Counted from the stretch's first letter, positions 45,064 to 56,163 are shown. The stretch is DNA of 64,000 nt from an uncultured Flavobacteriales bacterium (GCA_902478645.1 CABSLV010000001.1:15701-79700), one strand, 5' to 3'. A program made the numbers and translations. The notes: generated from the sequence alone by a model not told the origin.

Positions 45064-46038
45064 ATGCAAATATCGATCGTCATCCCGCTGTACAACGAAC
45101 AGGAATCCCTGCGCGAACTCAACGACTGGATTCGCCGGGTGATGACCCGCGAAGGCTTCACCTACGAAGCCATCTATGTGGACGACGGCTCCACCGACGG
45201 CTCGTGGCAGACCATCGAAGCGATGGCCGCCAGCGATCCGGCCGTACATGGCGTCAAACTGCGGGGCAACCAAGGCAAATCCCTGGCCCTGCGCGCCGGA
45301 TTCCGCGCAGCGGAAGGCGAAGTGGTCTTCACGATGGACGCAGACCTGCAGGATTCGCCGGACGAACTGCCCCAGATGTACCGCATGATCACCCAGGAAG
45401 GCTACGACCTGGTCTCCGGTTGGAAAAAGAAACGCTACGACCCGCTTTCGAAGACCCTCCCGACCAAACTGTACAACTGGGTTGCCCGGCGGGCTACCGG
45501 CCTTACCCTGCACGATTTCAACTGCGGACTGAAAGCCTACCGCCGCGATGTGGTCAAATCCATCGACCTCTACGGCGAAATGCACCGCAACATCCCGATG
45601 TTGGCTCAGGAAGCCGGATTTTCCCGCATCGGGGAAAAGATCGTCCATCACCAGGCACGCAAGTACGGCCATTCCAAGTTCGGCTTGAACCGCTTTATCA
45701 ACGGTTTCCTGGACATGATCTCCATGGTGGTGCTCCGCCGGTTCGGCCGCCAGCCGATGCACTTTTTCGGTACGCTGGGCTTTCTGATGTTCGTCGTCGG
45801 GTTTTTCAGCGCCGCATACGTGGGCTTTTCCAAACTCTGGCTGCTCTACCACGGACAAAAAACCATCCTGGTGACCGACAACCCCTGGTTTTACATCACC
45901 TTGACGATGATGATCCTGGGCGTACAATTCCTGATGGCAGGATTCATCGGCGAGATGATGGTCAAAGGCCGCAGCCGCGTCCCGGACTTCTACCTGGACC
46001 GCACGCTGGGCAAGGACGAACAACTGAAAAAAGGTTGA
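45064..46038 (+). CDS. family 2 glycosyltransferase with C-terminal TM helices
   Basis: Contains ISIVIPLYNE, VDDGSTDGS and DADLQDSP. Confidence 0.8.
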   Translation: MQISIVIPLYNEQESLRELNDWIRRVMTREGFTYEAIYVDDGSTDGSWQTIEAMAASDPAVHGVKLRGNQGKSLALRAGFRAAEGEVVFTMDADLQDSPDELPQMYRMITQEGYDLVSGWKKKRYDPLSKTLPTKLYNWVARRATGLTLHDFNCGLKAYRRDVVKSIDLYGEMHRNIPMLAQEAGFSRIGEKIVHHQARKYGHSKFGLNRFINGFLDMISMVVLRRFGRQPMHFFGTLGFLMFVVGFFSAAYVGFSKLWLLYHGQKTILVTDNPWFYITLTMMILGVQFLMAGFIGEMMVKGRSRVPDFYLDRTLGKDEQLKKG

Positions 46039-46131
46039 GCGAGTCCTTTTCAGCTCCTCGCCACAAATCCTATCCTCACCGAAAAACAGGAACCGACCTC
46101 ATACACGAACACAACCAAAAACTTTCACGAT

Positions 46132-47850
46132 ATGGAACTGAAAGAGTTAGCGTTGGAGCGAGCCAAGACGTGGCTTTCCGACCAATACGACGAGCAGACA
46201 CGCCAACAGGTTCAGCAAATGATAGACCAAGGATCCGACGAACTGGTCGATGCCTTCTACAAGGACCTCGAATTCGGCACCGGCGGCATGCGCGGCATCA
46301 TGGGTGTAGGCACCAACCGCATGAACCGTTACACCATCGGCGCCGCCACCCAGGGATTGGCCGACTACCTGAAGGAACAGTTCCCCGGGAAACCGATCTC
46401 GGTGGTGATCGGCTGCGACGTCCGCCACAATTCCGACACCTTCTCCCGGATGTGCGCCGAAGTCCTCTCGGCCAACGGCATCAAAGCCTATCTGTTCGAC
46501 GGCTTCCGCCCCACACCGGAGATCTCCTTCGCCATCCGTTACCTGCACGCCCAGAGCGGCATCATCATCACCGCCTCCCACAACCCGCCCAAATACAACG
46601 GGTACAAAGCCTACTGGGACGACGGCTCACAGGTAGTCCCCCCGCACGACACCGGCATCATCGACCGTGTGGCCAAAGTGCACGTGGGCGACATCCGCTT
46701 TACGCCCAATGAACGGCTCATCGAAACCATCGGGTCGGAGGTAGACCGCGCATTCGTCGAAGCCGCCGTCGAGCATGGCAGTTGCGACACCACGGGACGT
46801 GAGGACTTCAAACTGGTATATACCCCCATCCACGGGACTTCGTTCCGGGCAATGATTCCCGCACTGGACCGCGCCGGTTTCCACTACGTAACCGTCGAGG
46901 AACAAATGGTCCCCTCGGGCGATTTCCCCACCGTCCAGTCCCCCAACCCGGAAAATCCCGAAGCCTTGAAGATGGCCACCGACCTGGCCATCCGGGAAAA
47001 TGCCGACATGGTGGTAGGCACCGACCCGGACGCCGACCGCATCGGCATCGCGGTGCGCAATCTGCACGGAGAACTCGAACTGCTCAACGGCAACCAGACC
47101 AACACCGTACTCATCTCCTACCTCCTGGAGCGCTGGCGCAAACAAGGCCGGCTCAACGGAAAACAGTTCATCGGCTCGACCATCGTCACCTCGGACATCT
47201 TCTACAAGATCGCCGACCTGTACGGAGTAAAGTGCAAAGCCGGGCTGACGGGCTTCAAGTGGATTGCCGACATGATCCGCCGTGCCGAAGGCCAGGAAGA
47301 ATTCGTCGGAGGCGGCGAAGAGAGCTTCGGCTTCATGGTGGGCGATTTCGTGCGCGACAAGGACTCCATCACCACGACCATCCTGGCCTGTGAAATAGCG
47401 GCCGTAGCCAAAGCCAACGGATCGTCCTTTTTCCAGGAACTGCTCAAGATCTACCAAAAGACCGGCATGTACCGCGAAAGTCTGGTGAACATCGTCCGCG
47501 AAGGCGTTTCGGGTGCCCAGCAGATCAAAGCCATGATGGACACCTTGCGGGAAAACCCGCTCAAGACCATCGACGGCTCGCCCGTAGTGCGCATCGACGA
47601 TTACAAGACTTCCGTCTCGAAGGACCTTACCACCGGTACGCAGACTCCCATCCAGATTCCCAAATCGGACGTGCTGATCTACTACACGGCCGATGGAGCC
47701 AAGATCGCCGCGCGTCCCTCGGGTACCGAGCCGAAGATCAAGTTTTATTTCAGTGTCAACGCACCGCTGCCCTCTCTCGAGCAGTACGAACAGGTGTGGA
47801 AGGCTCTGGGAGAAAAACTCCAACGCATCGAGAAGGAAATGGACTTCTGA
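46132..47850 (+). CDS. phosphoglucomutase/phosphomannomutase family protein
   Basis: Contains the active-site loop TASHNPPKYNGYK and the Mg site GTDPDADR. Confidence 0.9.
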   Translation: MELKELALERAKTWLSDQYDEQTRQQVQQMIDQGSDELVDAFYKDLEFGTGGMRGIMGVGTNRMNRYTIGAATQGLADYLKEQFPGKPISVVIGCDVRHNSDTFSRMCAEVLSANGIKAYLFDGFRPTPEISFAIRYLHAQSGIIITASHNPPKYNGYKAYWDDGSQVVPPHDTGIIDRVAKVHVGDIRFTPNERLIETIGSEVDRAFVEAAVEHGSCDTTGREDFKLVYTPIHGTSFRAMIPALDRAGFHYVTVEEQMVPSGDFPTVQSPNPENPEALKMATDLAIRENADMVVGTDPDADRIGIAVRNLHGELELLNGNQTNTVLISYLLERWRKQGRLNGKQFIGSTIVTSDIFYKIADLYGVKCKAGLTGFKWIADMIRRAEGQEEFVGGGEESFGFMVGDFVRDKDSITTTILACEIAAVAKANGSSFFQELLKIYQKTGMYRESLVNIVREGVSGAQQIKAMMDTLRENPLKTIDGSPVVRIDDYKTSVSKDLTTGTQTPIQIPKSDVLIYYTADGAKIAARPSGTEPKIKFYFSVNAPLPSLEQYEQVWKALGEKLQRIEKEMDF

Positions 47851-47876
47851 CCAATCCTCTCGTGCTCCCTTGATTC

Positions 47877-47942
47877 GAGAAGCGTGTAAGCGCAAAGCGG
47901 GGCGGTCTTTCGACCGCCCCGCTTTGCGCTTACACGCTTCTC
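47877..47942. repeat. 31-bp perfect palindrome (66-nt hairpin) between convergent genes
   Basis: The left arm at 47877-47907 is exactly complementary to the right arm at 47912-47942, with loop tttc. Confidence 0.9.
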
Positions 47943-47963
47943 TCCCGGTTTTTACACCGGCGC

Positions 47964-48938
47964 TCATATGTTGTAATCGTTGACCGCCAAACGGCGCGGT
48001 ATCGTGCGCTTGAGGTACAGTTTGGTGCCCACCGGCGGCTGAACTCCCGCCTTGATCCGGTTTTTGGCATAGAGCGACTCGACCGTCATCCCCAGTTTCT
48101 GTGCGATCGAATACATCGTATCACCCTCCGCCACCGTATAGAAAGGCTCCGCCCCGGACGTTTTTTTCTTCACCAGGAAAATATACTGCCCCGGTATGAG
48201 CTGCGAGTCGTAGCGCAATTCGTTGTAGTCCAAAATCTTCTTCAACGGCACATCGAACCGCTGCGCAATATCCCAGGGCGTATCGCCCGGGAAAGCCACC
48301 ACGTACAGCATCCCTTTGTTCGCATGGCGGTACATCGCATCGCGTTCGGCCGAGAAGGAAGAAACCGCCCCTCCGCGCGCCGTATCCGCCGAAGCCACCA
48401 ACCCCTGTTCAGCCCCTTGAAGGTCGAGCTCGTGCAGGGAATAGTTCTCGATAATCCGGATCAGTTTTTCGGCATACAGCGGATCGGTCGCATAACCGGC
48501 TGCCTTCAGCCCCTTGGCCCAAGCGCGATAATCGGTCGGATCCAGGCTGTAGAGCGAAGCATACCGGTCACGCTTGAGAAACGCCGAATGGTCGCGGTAG
48601 GAATCCTCCACCTGCTCGTATTTGCGGAAACACTCGTTGCGCCTATCGTCGTCCTTGCGCACGCTTTTCCCGGTCCAGTTCTCCGCACACTTGATCCCGA
48701 AATGATTGTTGGCCTCCACCGCCAGGAAACTCGTCCCGGCCGCCGACTCCAACAGCCCCTGCGCCATGATGATGCTGGCCGGAATACGCTCCGAACGCAT
48801 CTGGCGGATCGCTATGTCCTTGTACTTTTCGATATAGTCCCGATAGACCTGCGAGGTGTTCTGTCCCTGGAGCCCCAAAAGAGAGGCCATAACCAGGAAA
48901 AAAGAGAAAAATCCTTTCATGCCCAAAATCTTCATCAA
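47964..48938 (-). CDS. glucosaminidase-domain peptidoglycan hydrolase with two LysM domains
   Basis: Signal peptide present. Contains the N-terminal mannosyl-glycoprotein endo-beta-N-acetylglucosaminidase pattern (AQGLLESAAGTS, NHFGIK) and two C-terminal LysM-like repeats (GDTPWDIAQRF, GDTMYSIAQKL). Confidence 0.8.
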   Translation of the reverse strand: MMKILGMKGFFSFFLVMASLLGLQGQNTSQVYRDYIEKYKDIAIRQMRSERIPASIIMAQGLLESAAGTSFLAVEANNHFGIKCAENWTGKSVRKDDDRRNECFRKYEQVEDSYRDHSAFLKRDRYASLYSLDPTDYRAWAKGLKAAGYATDPLYAEKLIRIIENYSLHELDLQGAEQGLVASADTARGGAVSSFSAERDAMYRHANKGMLYVVAFPGDTPWDIAQRFDVPLKKILDYNELRYDSQLIPGQYIFLVKKKTSGAEPFYTVAEGDTMYSIAQKLGMTVESLYAKNRIKAGVQPPVGTKLYLKRTIPRRLAVNDYNI

Positions 48939-48942
48939 GTTC

Positions 48943-49575
48943 CTAACAACCGCTCATATACCGGTCGGATTTCTGGTAGGAATCCTTCCGGTCGAAAGCC
49001 TTGCCCTGGAAAAGGAGCAGCCACACGAAGCCCACCGAAACGGCCGCATCGGCCACATTGAACACCGCCGGGAAAAACACGAAAGGCTCTCCCCCCCAGA
49101 TGGGCAACCACTGCGGCAGAACCCCCTGCCAGAAATGGAAATAAAACATATCGACCACCTTCCCGTGTAACAGCGGCGCATACCCGCCCCCCTCGGGCAG
49201 GAAAGTAGCCACGCCGACCGCCGGATCGTTGAAGACAAGCCCGTAAAACATCGAATCGATGATGTTTCCCACCGCTCCGGCAAAGATGAGCGTGAGCGGG
49301 ATCACCAAAGTCGCCGAAGCATGACGACGCGTCAGGTTTCGGATCAGCCACAACAGCAGCACCGACACCACGATGCGGAACAGGGTGAGCAACAGCTTGC
49401 CCGCCTCGCCTCCGAATTCCATCCCGAAAGCCATCCCGGGATTTTCGACAAAATGCAGGTCAAACCACGAAGTAACCGGGATCTTCTCTCCCAGATACAT
49501 ATGGGTCTTCACCCAAAACTTGAGCGCCTGGTCGGCCACCAGGACGAGAAAACTGATCAGAAATACTTTTTTCAA
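48943..49575 (-). CDS. lspA: lipoprotein signal peptidase
   Basis: 210 aa, 4 TM helices, containing the VENPGMAFG and FNVAD motifs. Confidence 0.9.
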   Translation of the reverse strand: MKKVFLISFLVLVADQALKFWVKTHMYLGEKIPVTSWFDLHFVENPGMAFGMEFGGEAGKLLLTLFRIVVSVLLLWLIRNLTRRHASATLVIPLTLIFAGAVGNIIDSMFYGLVFNDPAVGVATFLPEGGGYAPLLHGKVVDMFYFHFWQGVLPQWLPIWGGEPFVFFPAVFNVADAAVSVGFVWLLLFQGKAFDRKDSYQKSDRYMSGC

Positions 49576-49818
49576 CGGTTACGGCGTTATTATCTTCCTT
49601 CGTATTGTCCCAAAATAAGGATACACGAATGCATTATCCGACAAAGCTATAAAAGATTTCCCAAACAGGGGCATTCCTCCCGTTTTTTTTGCCCTGTCCC
49701 CGCCCCTTCCTTTCACAATCCTCGCCGATCCGCCGCCTCTCCACAAAACAACCTGTACCCATCGTCACTACGGTTGAAAAGTTTATTTTTCACCCTTGCC
49801 GAAGCCTTTTCCTTTCCC

Positions 49819-49826
49819 TACCTTTG
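49819..49826 (+). promoter_or_regulatory. -7 box TACCTTTG
   Basis: Lies 47 nt upstream of the ATG at 49873. Confidence 0.5.
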
Positions 49827-49872
49827 TTCGACCCCCTTCTCCCGAAAGAAAACCAAAACGCCTCCCCTCACC

Positions 49873-50556
49873 ATGAAACGACCTCCCTTGAAAGTAAATA
49901 CATCCCGGTTGAAGTTCAAATACTACCACGAGCCCAACCTGTATCAGTCCACCCTGCTGGTCTTCTCGATCGTGGTGCTGATCTGCCTTTTGGCCAACAC
50001 CGTCCTCACTCTGCCCCCCGAGGTATCCAAGATCATCCACATCTACGACAACACCCTCTGTTTTTTCCTCCTGGCCGAATTTTTCATCCGTTTCTTCCAG
50101 GCGAAAAACAAATGGACTTTCATGCGCTACGGATGGATGGACCTCTTGTCCAGCCTGCCGGCCTTCGGTACGGGCTACATCGGAGACATCACCCGCCTGG
50201 GACGTATCCTGCGCATGGTACGGATCTATTACACCGCCCGCTATGCCATCCGCCAACTCAAGCAAAACCCCAGCGAAGGCGTCTTTCTGCTCATCTACGG
50301 CACCATCCTTTCGCTCTTGATGGCTTCCAGCATGGCCATTCTGTTGGTGGAAACCTCCCCGCAGAGCAACATCCTCACCGCATCCGATTCGCTGTGGTGG
50401 TCCATCACCACCATTACCACCGTAGGCTACGGGGACTTGTACCCGGTTACCGAAGCCGGCCGCATCGTCGGCGCAGTGCTGATGGTCTGCGGTATCGTCG
50501 TGATCGGCGCTATCTCGGCCTCCATCTCCACCTGGGTTTTGAAAAAACGCTCTTGA
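49873..50556 (+). CDS. compact 6-TM voltage-gated-type potassium channel
   Basis: Contains the selectivity filter TTVGYGD and an S4-like helix RLGRILRMVRIYYTAR. No cytoplasmic domain. Confidence 0.8.
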   Translation: MKRPPLKVNTSRLKFKYYHEPNLYQSTLLVFSIVVLICLLANTVLTLPPEVSKIIHIYDNTLCFFLLAEFFIRFFQAKNKWTFMRYGWMDLLSSLPAFGTGYIGDITRLGRILRMVRIYYTARYAIRQLKQNPSEGVFLLIYGTILSLLMASSMAILLVETSPQSNILTASDSLWWSITTITTVGYGDLYPVTEAGRIVGAVLMVCGIVVIGAISASISTWVLKKRS

Positions 50557-50633
50557 CCCCGCAAAAAAACGGACGCCGGTTCCCCGGAGCGAAAATATCC
50601 CGCATTTTTGAGCAGGAAACCCCGCAGATTGAC

Positions 50634-50641
50634 TAATTTTG
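50634..50641 (+). promoter_or_regulatory. -7 box TAATTTTG for aspS
   Basis: Lies 29 nt upstream of the ATG at 50670. Confidence 0.55.
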
Positions 50642-50669
50642 CACCGTAAAATCCAATCTTAACACATCG

Positions 50670-52418
50670 ATGTTCAGAACGCATACCTGCGGCGAATTGT
50701 CGGCCGCCAACCAAGGACAAAAAGTTACCCTGGCAGGTTGGGTGCAGCACCTGCGCGACCTGGGACAGATGGTATTCATCGACCTGCGCGACCGCTACGG
50801 CATCACCCAGTTGGCTTTCAACGAAAAGTCGGCTCCCGGACTGCTGGAAGCCGCCAAGAAACTGGGCCGGGAATACGTCATACAAGCCGAAGGTACGGTC
50901 ATCGAACGCGCCTCGAAAAACCCGAACAATCCCACCGGCGAGGTAGAACTGATGGTCGAACGCCTCGAGGTGCTCAACACCAGCGACCTGCCTCCCTTTA
51001 CCATCGAGGACGAATCGGACGGCGGCGAAGACCTGCGGATGCGTTACCGCTACCTCGACATCCGGCGCAATCCGGTCAAGAACAACCTGCTGCTGCGCGC
51101 CCAGGTAACGATGGCCGTGCGCAAATACCTCACCCAGCAGGGCTTCGTGGACATCGAAACCCCCTATCTGATCAAATCCACGCCCGAAGGAGCCCGCGAT
51201 TTCGTGGTACCTTCCCGGATGAATCCCGGCGAATTCTACGCCCTGCCCCAGTCGCCCCAGACCTTCAAACAACTGCTGATGGTGGCCGGGATGGACAAGT
51301 ACTACCAGATCGTACGCTGCTTCCGCGATGAAGACCTCCGGGCCGACCGCCAGCCGGAATTCACCCAAGTGGACTGCGAAATGTCTTTCGTGGAACAGGA
51401 AGACATCCTCAACACCTTCGAAGGGCTGTTCAAATACCTGCTCAAGGAGATCCGCGGCATCGAGATCGACCGCGTTCCCCGCATCACCTACGCCGAAGCC
51501 ATGCGCAACTACGGATCGGACAAGCCGGACATCCGTTTCGACATGCGCTTCCACGAGTTGAACCAAGCGATGAAAGGCAAAGGCTTCTCCGTATTCGACA
51601 ACGCCCCTCTGGTCGTAGGTCTGGTAGTAGAGGGCTGCGCCGGATACTCCCGCAAGCAGACCGACGAACTCACCGACTGGGTAAAACGCCCGCAGATCGG
51701 AGGCAGCGGCCTGGTGTACATCAAGTACAACCCGGACGGCACCTTCAAATCGTCGGTGGACAAGTTCTATTCTCCGCAGGACCTCCAAGCCGTTGCCCAG
51801 CAGATGGGCGCCCATCCCGGCGACCTGATCCTCATTATGGCCGGTGCTGCCGACCGCACCCGCAAAGCGCTCGGCGCCCTGCGCATGGAACTGGCCACGC
51901 GCCTGGGACTGCGCAACCCGGACGTTTTCGCTCCGCTCTGGGTAGTGGACTTCCCCCTGTTCGAATGGGACGAAGAGACGCAGCGCTACTACGCCATGCA
52001 CCATCCCTTCACCTCCCCCAAACGGGAGGACATCCCCCTGTTGGAGACCGACCCCGGCGCCGTGCGGGCCAACGCGTACGACATCGTGCTCAACGGCAAT
52101 GAAATCGGCGGCGGCTCCATCCGTATCCACGACCGGGAAACGCAGATGATGATGTTCCGCCACCTGGGCTTCACCCCCGAAAAAGCCGAGGAACAGTTCG
52201 GCTTCCTGATGAATGCCTTCCGCTACGGAGCACCGCCTCACGGCGGACTGGCCTTCGGGCTCGACCGGTTGGTAGCCCTGCTGGGCGGCAACGAGATCAT
52301 CCGCGACTTCATCGCCTTCCCGAAAAACAACTCGGGACGCGACGTAATGATCGACGCCCCCGCTCCTTTGGCTACCGAACAGCTCGACGAACTGAACCTG
52401 ACGGTCAAAGCCCGTTAG
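50670..52418 (+). CDS. aspS: aspartate--tRNA ligase
   Basis: 582 aa containing class II motifs [16 protein letters not shown] and GGGSIRIH, plus GLDR. Confidence 0.95.
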   Translation: MFRTHTCGELSAANQGQKVTLAGWVQHLRDLGQMVFIDLRDRYGITQLAFNEKSAPGLLEAAKKLGREYVIQAEGTVIERASKNPNNPTGEVELMVERLEVLNTSDLPPFTIEDESDGGEDLRMRYRYLDIRRNPVKNNLLLRAQVTMAVRKYLTQQGFVDIETPYLIKSTPEGARDFVVPSRMNPGEFYALPQSPQTFKQLLMVAGMDKYYQIVRCFRDEDLRADRQPEFTQVDCEMSFVEQEDILNTFEGLFKYLLKEIRGIEIDRVPRITYAEAMRNYGSDKPDIRFDMRFHELNQAMKGKGFSVFDNAPLVVGLVVEGCAGYSRKQTDELTDWVKRPQIGGSGLVYIKYNPDGTFKSSVDKFYSPQDLQAVAQQMGAHPGDLILIMAGAADRTRKALGALRMELATRLGLRNPDVFAPLWVVDFPLFEWDEETQRYYAMHHPFTSPKREDIPLLETDPGAVRANAYDIVLNGNEIGGGSIRIHDRETQMMMFRHLGFTPEKAEEQFGFLMNAFRYGAPPHGGLAFGLDRLVALLGGNEIIRDFIAFPKNNSGRDVMIDAPAPLATEQLDELNLTVKAR

Positions 52419-52479
52419 TCGCCCCCGCAGCAGTTACGGACAACGGACGGTTTTCCATAATTCTTTTACCTCCAGCAAG

Positions 52480-54351
52480 ATGGCACGCAAACGTTCCTTT
52501 TGGCAGCGCGCCAGGCTGCGCGCCGCATACCTCCGACGGATCCTCGCTTCTCCCCGGGAAGCCTTCCGCCGCTTCGGCATGTGGCGTTACCGGAACATGT
52601 CGCTTCGGCGGCTTATCCTGCTTTCCGCCGTGCTGGTCGGGCTGTTGGGCGGGATCAGTTCGGTCATCCTGAAAAACCTCACCCACCTCATCCAGCACTT
52701 CGTCGAAAACACCCTGGTAGAGCAGATGGGCTTCAACGGGTTTTACTTCGCCTTCCCCATCGTCGGCATCACCCTCACCCTGTTGGTGATCCGCTACGTC
52801 ATCCGCCGGGAAGTCGGGCACGGCATCCCGAACGTACTGTATTCCATCTCGCGGGGAAAATCCCTGCTGCCTTTCCGCTCCACCTATGCTTCGCTGATCA
52901 CCGCCCCGCTCACCATCGGCTTCGGCGGATCGGTCGGGCTGGAAGGTCCGGCGGTGGGCACGGGCGCGGCCGTAGGGTCCAATTTCGCCCGCCTGCTCAA
53001 CCTGGACGCCAAAACCCGCTCGTTGCTGCTGGGTTGCGGAACGGCCGCCGCCCTCTCGGCCATCTTCAAGGTCCCGATCACCGGCATCATCTTCGTGATC
53101 GAAGTCTTCGCCCTGGATCTGACCATGGCCTCGCTCATCCCGCTCATTCTGGCTTCGGCTACCGGCATTCTGGTCTCGTACGTCTTCATGGGGCAATCCC
53201 TCACCCTGGATTTCCGCCAGGACGCATCGTTCCATCCGGGCAACATCCTCTACTACGTGCTCCTAGCCCTGTTCACCTCGTTGGCCTCGATCCACTTTAC
53301 CCGCATCTACTCCCGGGTGGGGAAATTCTTTGAAAACCGCCTGCACTCCCGCCTGACCCGCCTGCTACTGGGCGGACTCGGACTGGGCTGCCTGATCTAC
53401 CTGATGCCGCCCCTCTACGGCGACGGCTACGCGACGATGAACAGCCTGCTGGCCGGCGACTTCGCCTCGGTCATCGACTTCTCGTGGGCGCACGGCTGGA
53501 CGGACAACCCCTGGATGGCCGTGGTACTGCTGGTGGTGCTGCTGTACCTGAAGATGATCGCCACCACCGTTACCTTCGGCGCAGGAGGCGTAGGGGGCAC
53601 TTTCGCACCGACGCTGTTCATGGGAGCCGTCGCAGGCCTGGCCTTTGCCCAGGCGGTCAATCTGGTCCATCCCGAAGCCGACCTCTCGCTGTCCAACTTT
53701 TCGCTGGTGGGCATGGCCGGGATGATGGCCGGGGTGATGCAGTCGCCCCTCTCGGCCGTATTCCTGATCGCGGAAACCACCGGAGGATACGTGCTGATCG
53801 CCCCGCTGATGATCGTCTCGGCCCTCTCGTTCGTGATCACCAAATTCTACACCCCGTACAGCGTCTACACCGAAGAACTGGCCAAAAAAGGCGACCTGCC
53901 GGGACGCGACAAGGACAAAGCCATCCTGCGCGAAATGGAACTCGACGAACTGATCGAGACCGATTTTGTCAAGATCCCGGTCGATGCCACCCTGGGCGAA
54001 GTGGTACAAAACGCCGTAGCGCGTTCCTCCCGCAACATCTTCCCCGTCGTCTCCCCACACAACCACCTGGTGGGCATCGTCCTGCTCGATGACCTGCGGC
54101 AGGTGATGTTCGACCCTTCGCTCTACACCAAACTCGGCGTGAGCGACCTGATGATCCAACCCCCGGCCGTGATCGACACCCAGACCGATACGATGGAAAC
54201 CATCGCACAAAAATTCCAAAAGACCGGCGCCTGGAACCTTCCGGTGGTCGGCTACCACAACCGCTACGCAGGCTTTATCTCGCGCGGACGGATGCTTTCC
54301 GCCTATCGGCAGAAAGTAGTGGAAATGAGCCGAGACGCCGAACTCTTTTAA
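52480..54351 (+). CDS. ClC-family chloride channel with C-terminal CBS pair
   Basis: Contains GSVGLEGP and GIIFVIE motifs and two CBS-like repeats at the C-terminus. The start could be the Met at 52579. Confidence 0.85.
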   Translation: MARKRSFWQRARLRAAYLRRILASPREAFRRFGMWRYRNMSLRRLILLSAVLVGLLGGISSVILKNLTHLIQHFVENTLVEQMGFNGFYFAFPIVGITLTLLVIRYVIRREVGHGIPNVLYSISRGKSLLPFRSTYASLITAPLTIGFGGSVGLEGPAVGTGAAVGSNFARLLNLDAKTRSLLLGCGTAAALSAIFKVPITGIIFVIEVFALDLTMASLIPLILASATGILVSYVFMGQSLTLDFRQDASFHPGNILYYVLLALFTSLASIHFTRIYSRVGKFFENRLHSRLTRLLLGGLGLGCLIYLMPPLYGDGYATMNSLLAGDFASVIDFSWAHGWTDNPWMAVVLLVVLLYLKMIATTVTFGAGGVGGTFAPTLFMGAVAGLAFAQAVNLVHPEADLSLSNFSLVGMAGMMAGVMQSPLSAVFLIAETTGGYVLIAPLMIVSALSFVITKFYTPYSVYTEELAKKGDLPGRDKDKAILREMELDELIETDFVKIPVDATLGEVVQNAVARSSRNIFPVVSPHNHLVGIVLLDDLRQVMFDPSLYTKLGVSDLMIQPPAVIDTQTDTMETIAQKFQKTGAWNLPVVGYHNRYAGFISRGRMLSAYRQKVVEMSRDAELF

Positions 54352-54454
54352 TCCTCCTTCCGTCTCCGGCCTTCAGCACAAAAAACTCCATCCCCCGAAA
54401 GCCCAAAAGCCTCCGGCAGGGGAACGAATCCTCAAAAAATACTGGAAAAAAACG

Positions 54455-54991
54455 TCAGCGGGATACGAAATCGAAGTACCGCCCGATGATGATCTTGAAC
54501 CACGCGGAATACTTCTGCGGAGAAGCCTCCATATCGGCCTTGAGTACCTCGGGAGAAATCCACCGCCAGTCGTCCACCTCCTGCGGGTTGCAGAGCGGCT
54601 CTCCGGAAAATTCCCCCACCAGCACATGGTCGTATTCGTACTCCGTCAGGCCAGTGTCGAGCCCGGCGCGGTACACGAACGAAAAGACCTCCTGCAAGGG
54701 GACATCGAAGCCCATCTCCTCGCGCAGACGGCGATGAGCCGCCTCCAAGGTTGCCTCGCCGGGAGCCGGGTGGGAACAGCACGTATTGGTCCACAAGCTC
54801 TGCGAATGGTACTTGGTCGCTGCCCGCCGTTGAAGCATGATCTCGCCCCGGGGAGAAAACACGATGACCGAAAACGCCCGATGCAGGCACCCGCCGTTGC
54901 GGTGAGCCTCCATCTTTTCCATCGTGCCCAGCGGAGCGTCGTTTTCGTCTACCAGTACGACCAGGGATTTTTCTTCTTCCGTTTGTTTCAC
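54455..54991 (-). CDS. idi: isopentenyl-diphosphate delta-isomerase, type 1 (Nudix)
   Basis: Contains LHRAFSV, WTNTCCSHP and the E..YD region. Confidence 0.85.
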   Translation of the reverse strand: MKQTEEEKSLVVLVDENDAPLGTMEKMEAHRNGGCLHRAFSVIVFSPRGEIMLQRRAATKYHSQSLWTNTCCSHPAPGEATLEAAHRRLREEMGFDVPLQEVFSFVYRAGLDTGLTEYEYDHVLVGEFSGEPLCNPQEVDDWRWISPEVLKADMEASPQKYSAWFKIIIGRYFDFVSR

Positions 54992-54998
54992 AGCAGGA

Positions 54999-56000
54999 TC
55001 AATCGAGATAAGCCGTCAGTTTTTTGAATTCGTCGCGCCGATCTTTCCCTTGGTAAAGGATCGCGTACACCGCCTCGACGATCGGCATGCGGATATCGTG
55101 TTGCTGAATGAGCTGCATCACCCCGTAAGTAGCGTAATATCCCTCGGCCACCATATTCATTTCGAGCATGGCCGACTTGACGGTGTATCCCTTGCCGATC
55201 ATCGTGCCGAACATTCGGTTGCGGCTGAAATAACTGTAACCGGTGACCAGCAAGTCGCCCAGATAGGCCGAATCCATGATGTTGCGCCCCTCCATCGGAT
55301 AGACCACCGACATGAAATTGTCCATCTCCCGGATGGCATTGGACATGAGTACCGCTTGAAAATTGTCCCCGTAATTCAGCCCATGGGCTATCCCGGCTGC
55401 CACCGCGTAGATATTCTTGAGCACGGCGGCGTATTCCACCCCGATCACATCGCGGGAGAGCTTGCAACGGATGTACGGCCCATTGAGATACGAGGCCATG
55501 TTCTCGGCGATGGGTTGGTTTTGACAGGCGACCGTCAGGTACGAGAGGTGTTCCATCGCCACTTCCTCGGCATGGCAAGGACCGGTGATGGCTCCGATAC
55601 GACCGGGAGCTATCTTGAAACGCTTGGAGAGATACTGCCCCATCACGATGTTTTTCTCGGGGAGAAGCCCCTTGATGGCCGAAAAAAGGATCTTGCCTTT
55701 CATCGGGACCTTCATCCCGCGGATCTCCTTGGAGAAAAATGCGGAAGGGATCGCAAAGATGACCGTGTAGGCATTTTCGACCACCTCGTTGATGTTGCTG
55801 CTGATGCACAACTTCGAAGTGTCGAACTCCACGGCCGAAAGGTAATTGGGATTGTGATGCTCGCGCCGCAGGTAGTCCGCCGACGATTCCGAACGGATGT
55901 ACCACCCCACGCGATCCATATTTTCACACAGCATCTTGACGATGGCCGTTGCCCAACTGCCACCGCCCACGACTGCTACCTTGTAGTTATTTTCGTCCAT
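54999..56000 (-). CDS. gpsA: NAD(P)H-dependent glycerol-3-phosphate dehydrogenase
   Basis: Start set at MDENNYKVAVVGGGSWATA (Rossmann GxGxxA), supported by a TACCTTTG box 28 nt upstream. Confidence 0.9.
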   Translation of the reverse strand: MDENNYKVAVVGGGSWATAIVKMLCENMDRVGWYIRSESSADYLRREHHNPNYLSAVEFDTSKLCISSNINEVVENAYTVIFAIPSAFFSKEIRGMKVPMKGKILFSAIKGLLPEKNIVMGQYLSKRFKIAPGRIGAITGPCHAEEVAMEHLSYLTVACQNQPIAENMASYLNGPYIRCKLSRDVIGVEYAAVLKNIYAVAAGIAHGLNYGDNFQAVLMSNAIREMDNFMSVVYPMEGRNIMDSAYLGDLLVTGYSYFSRNRMFGTMIGKGYTVKSAMLEMNMVAEGYYATYGVMQLIQQHDIRMPIVEAVYAILYQGKDRRDEFKKLTAYLD

Positions 56001-56027
56001 AATTGTTGCAGGGCGATCCCTGCTTTG

Positions 56028-56035
56028 CAAAGGTA
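56028..56035 (-). promoter_or_regulatory. -7 box TACCTTTG for gpsA
   Basis: Reverse complement of caaaggta. Confidence 0.55.
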
Positions 56036-56163
56036 GCCTTTTTACCTCGCCCGGGCAAGCCCTGCGAAAATTCCTCTTTTTTTGCCCTCCCGACCTATTG
56101 CCGAGGACACAACAGCCACCGCCAAGCCTTATCCCTGCCCAGCCCTTGCACCCAAAAATAGCG

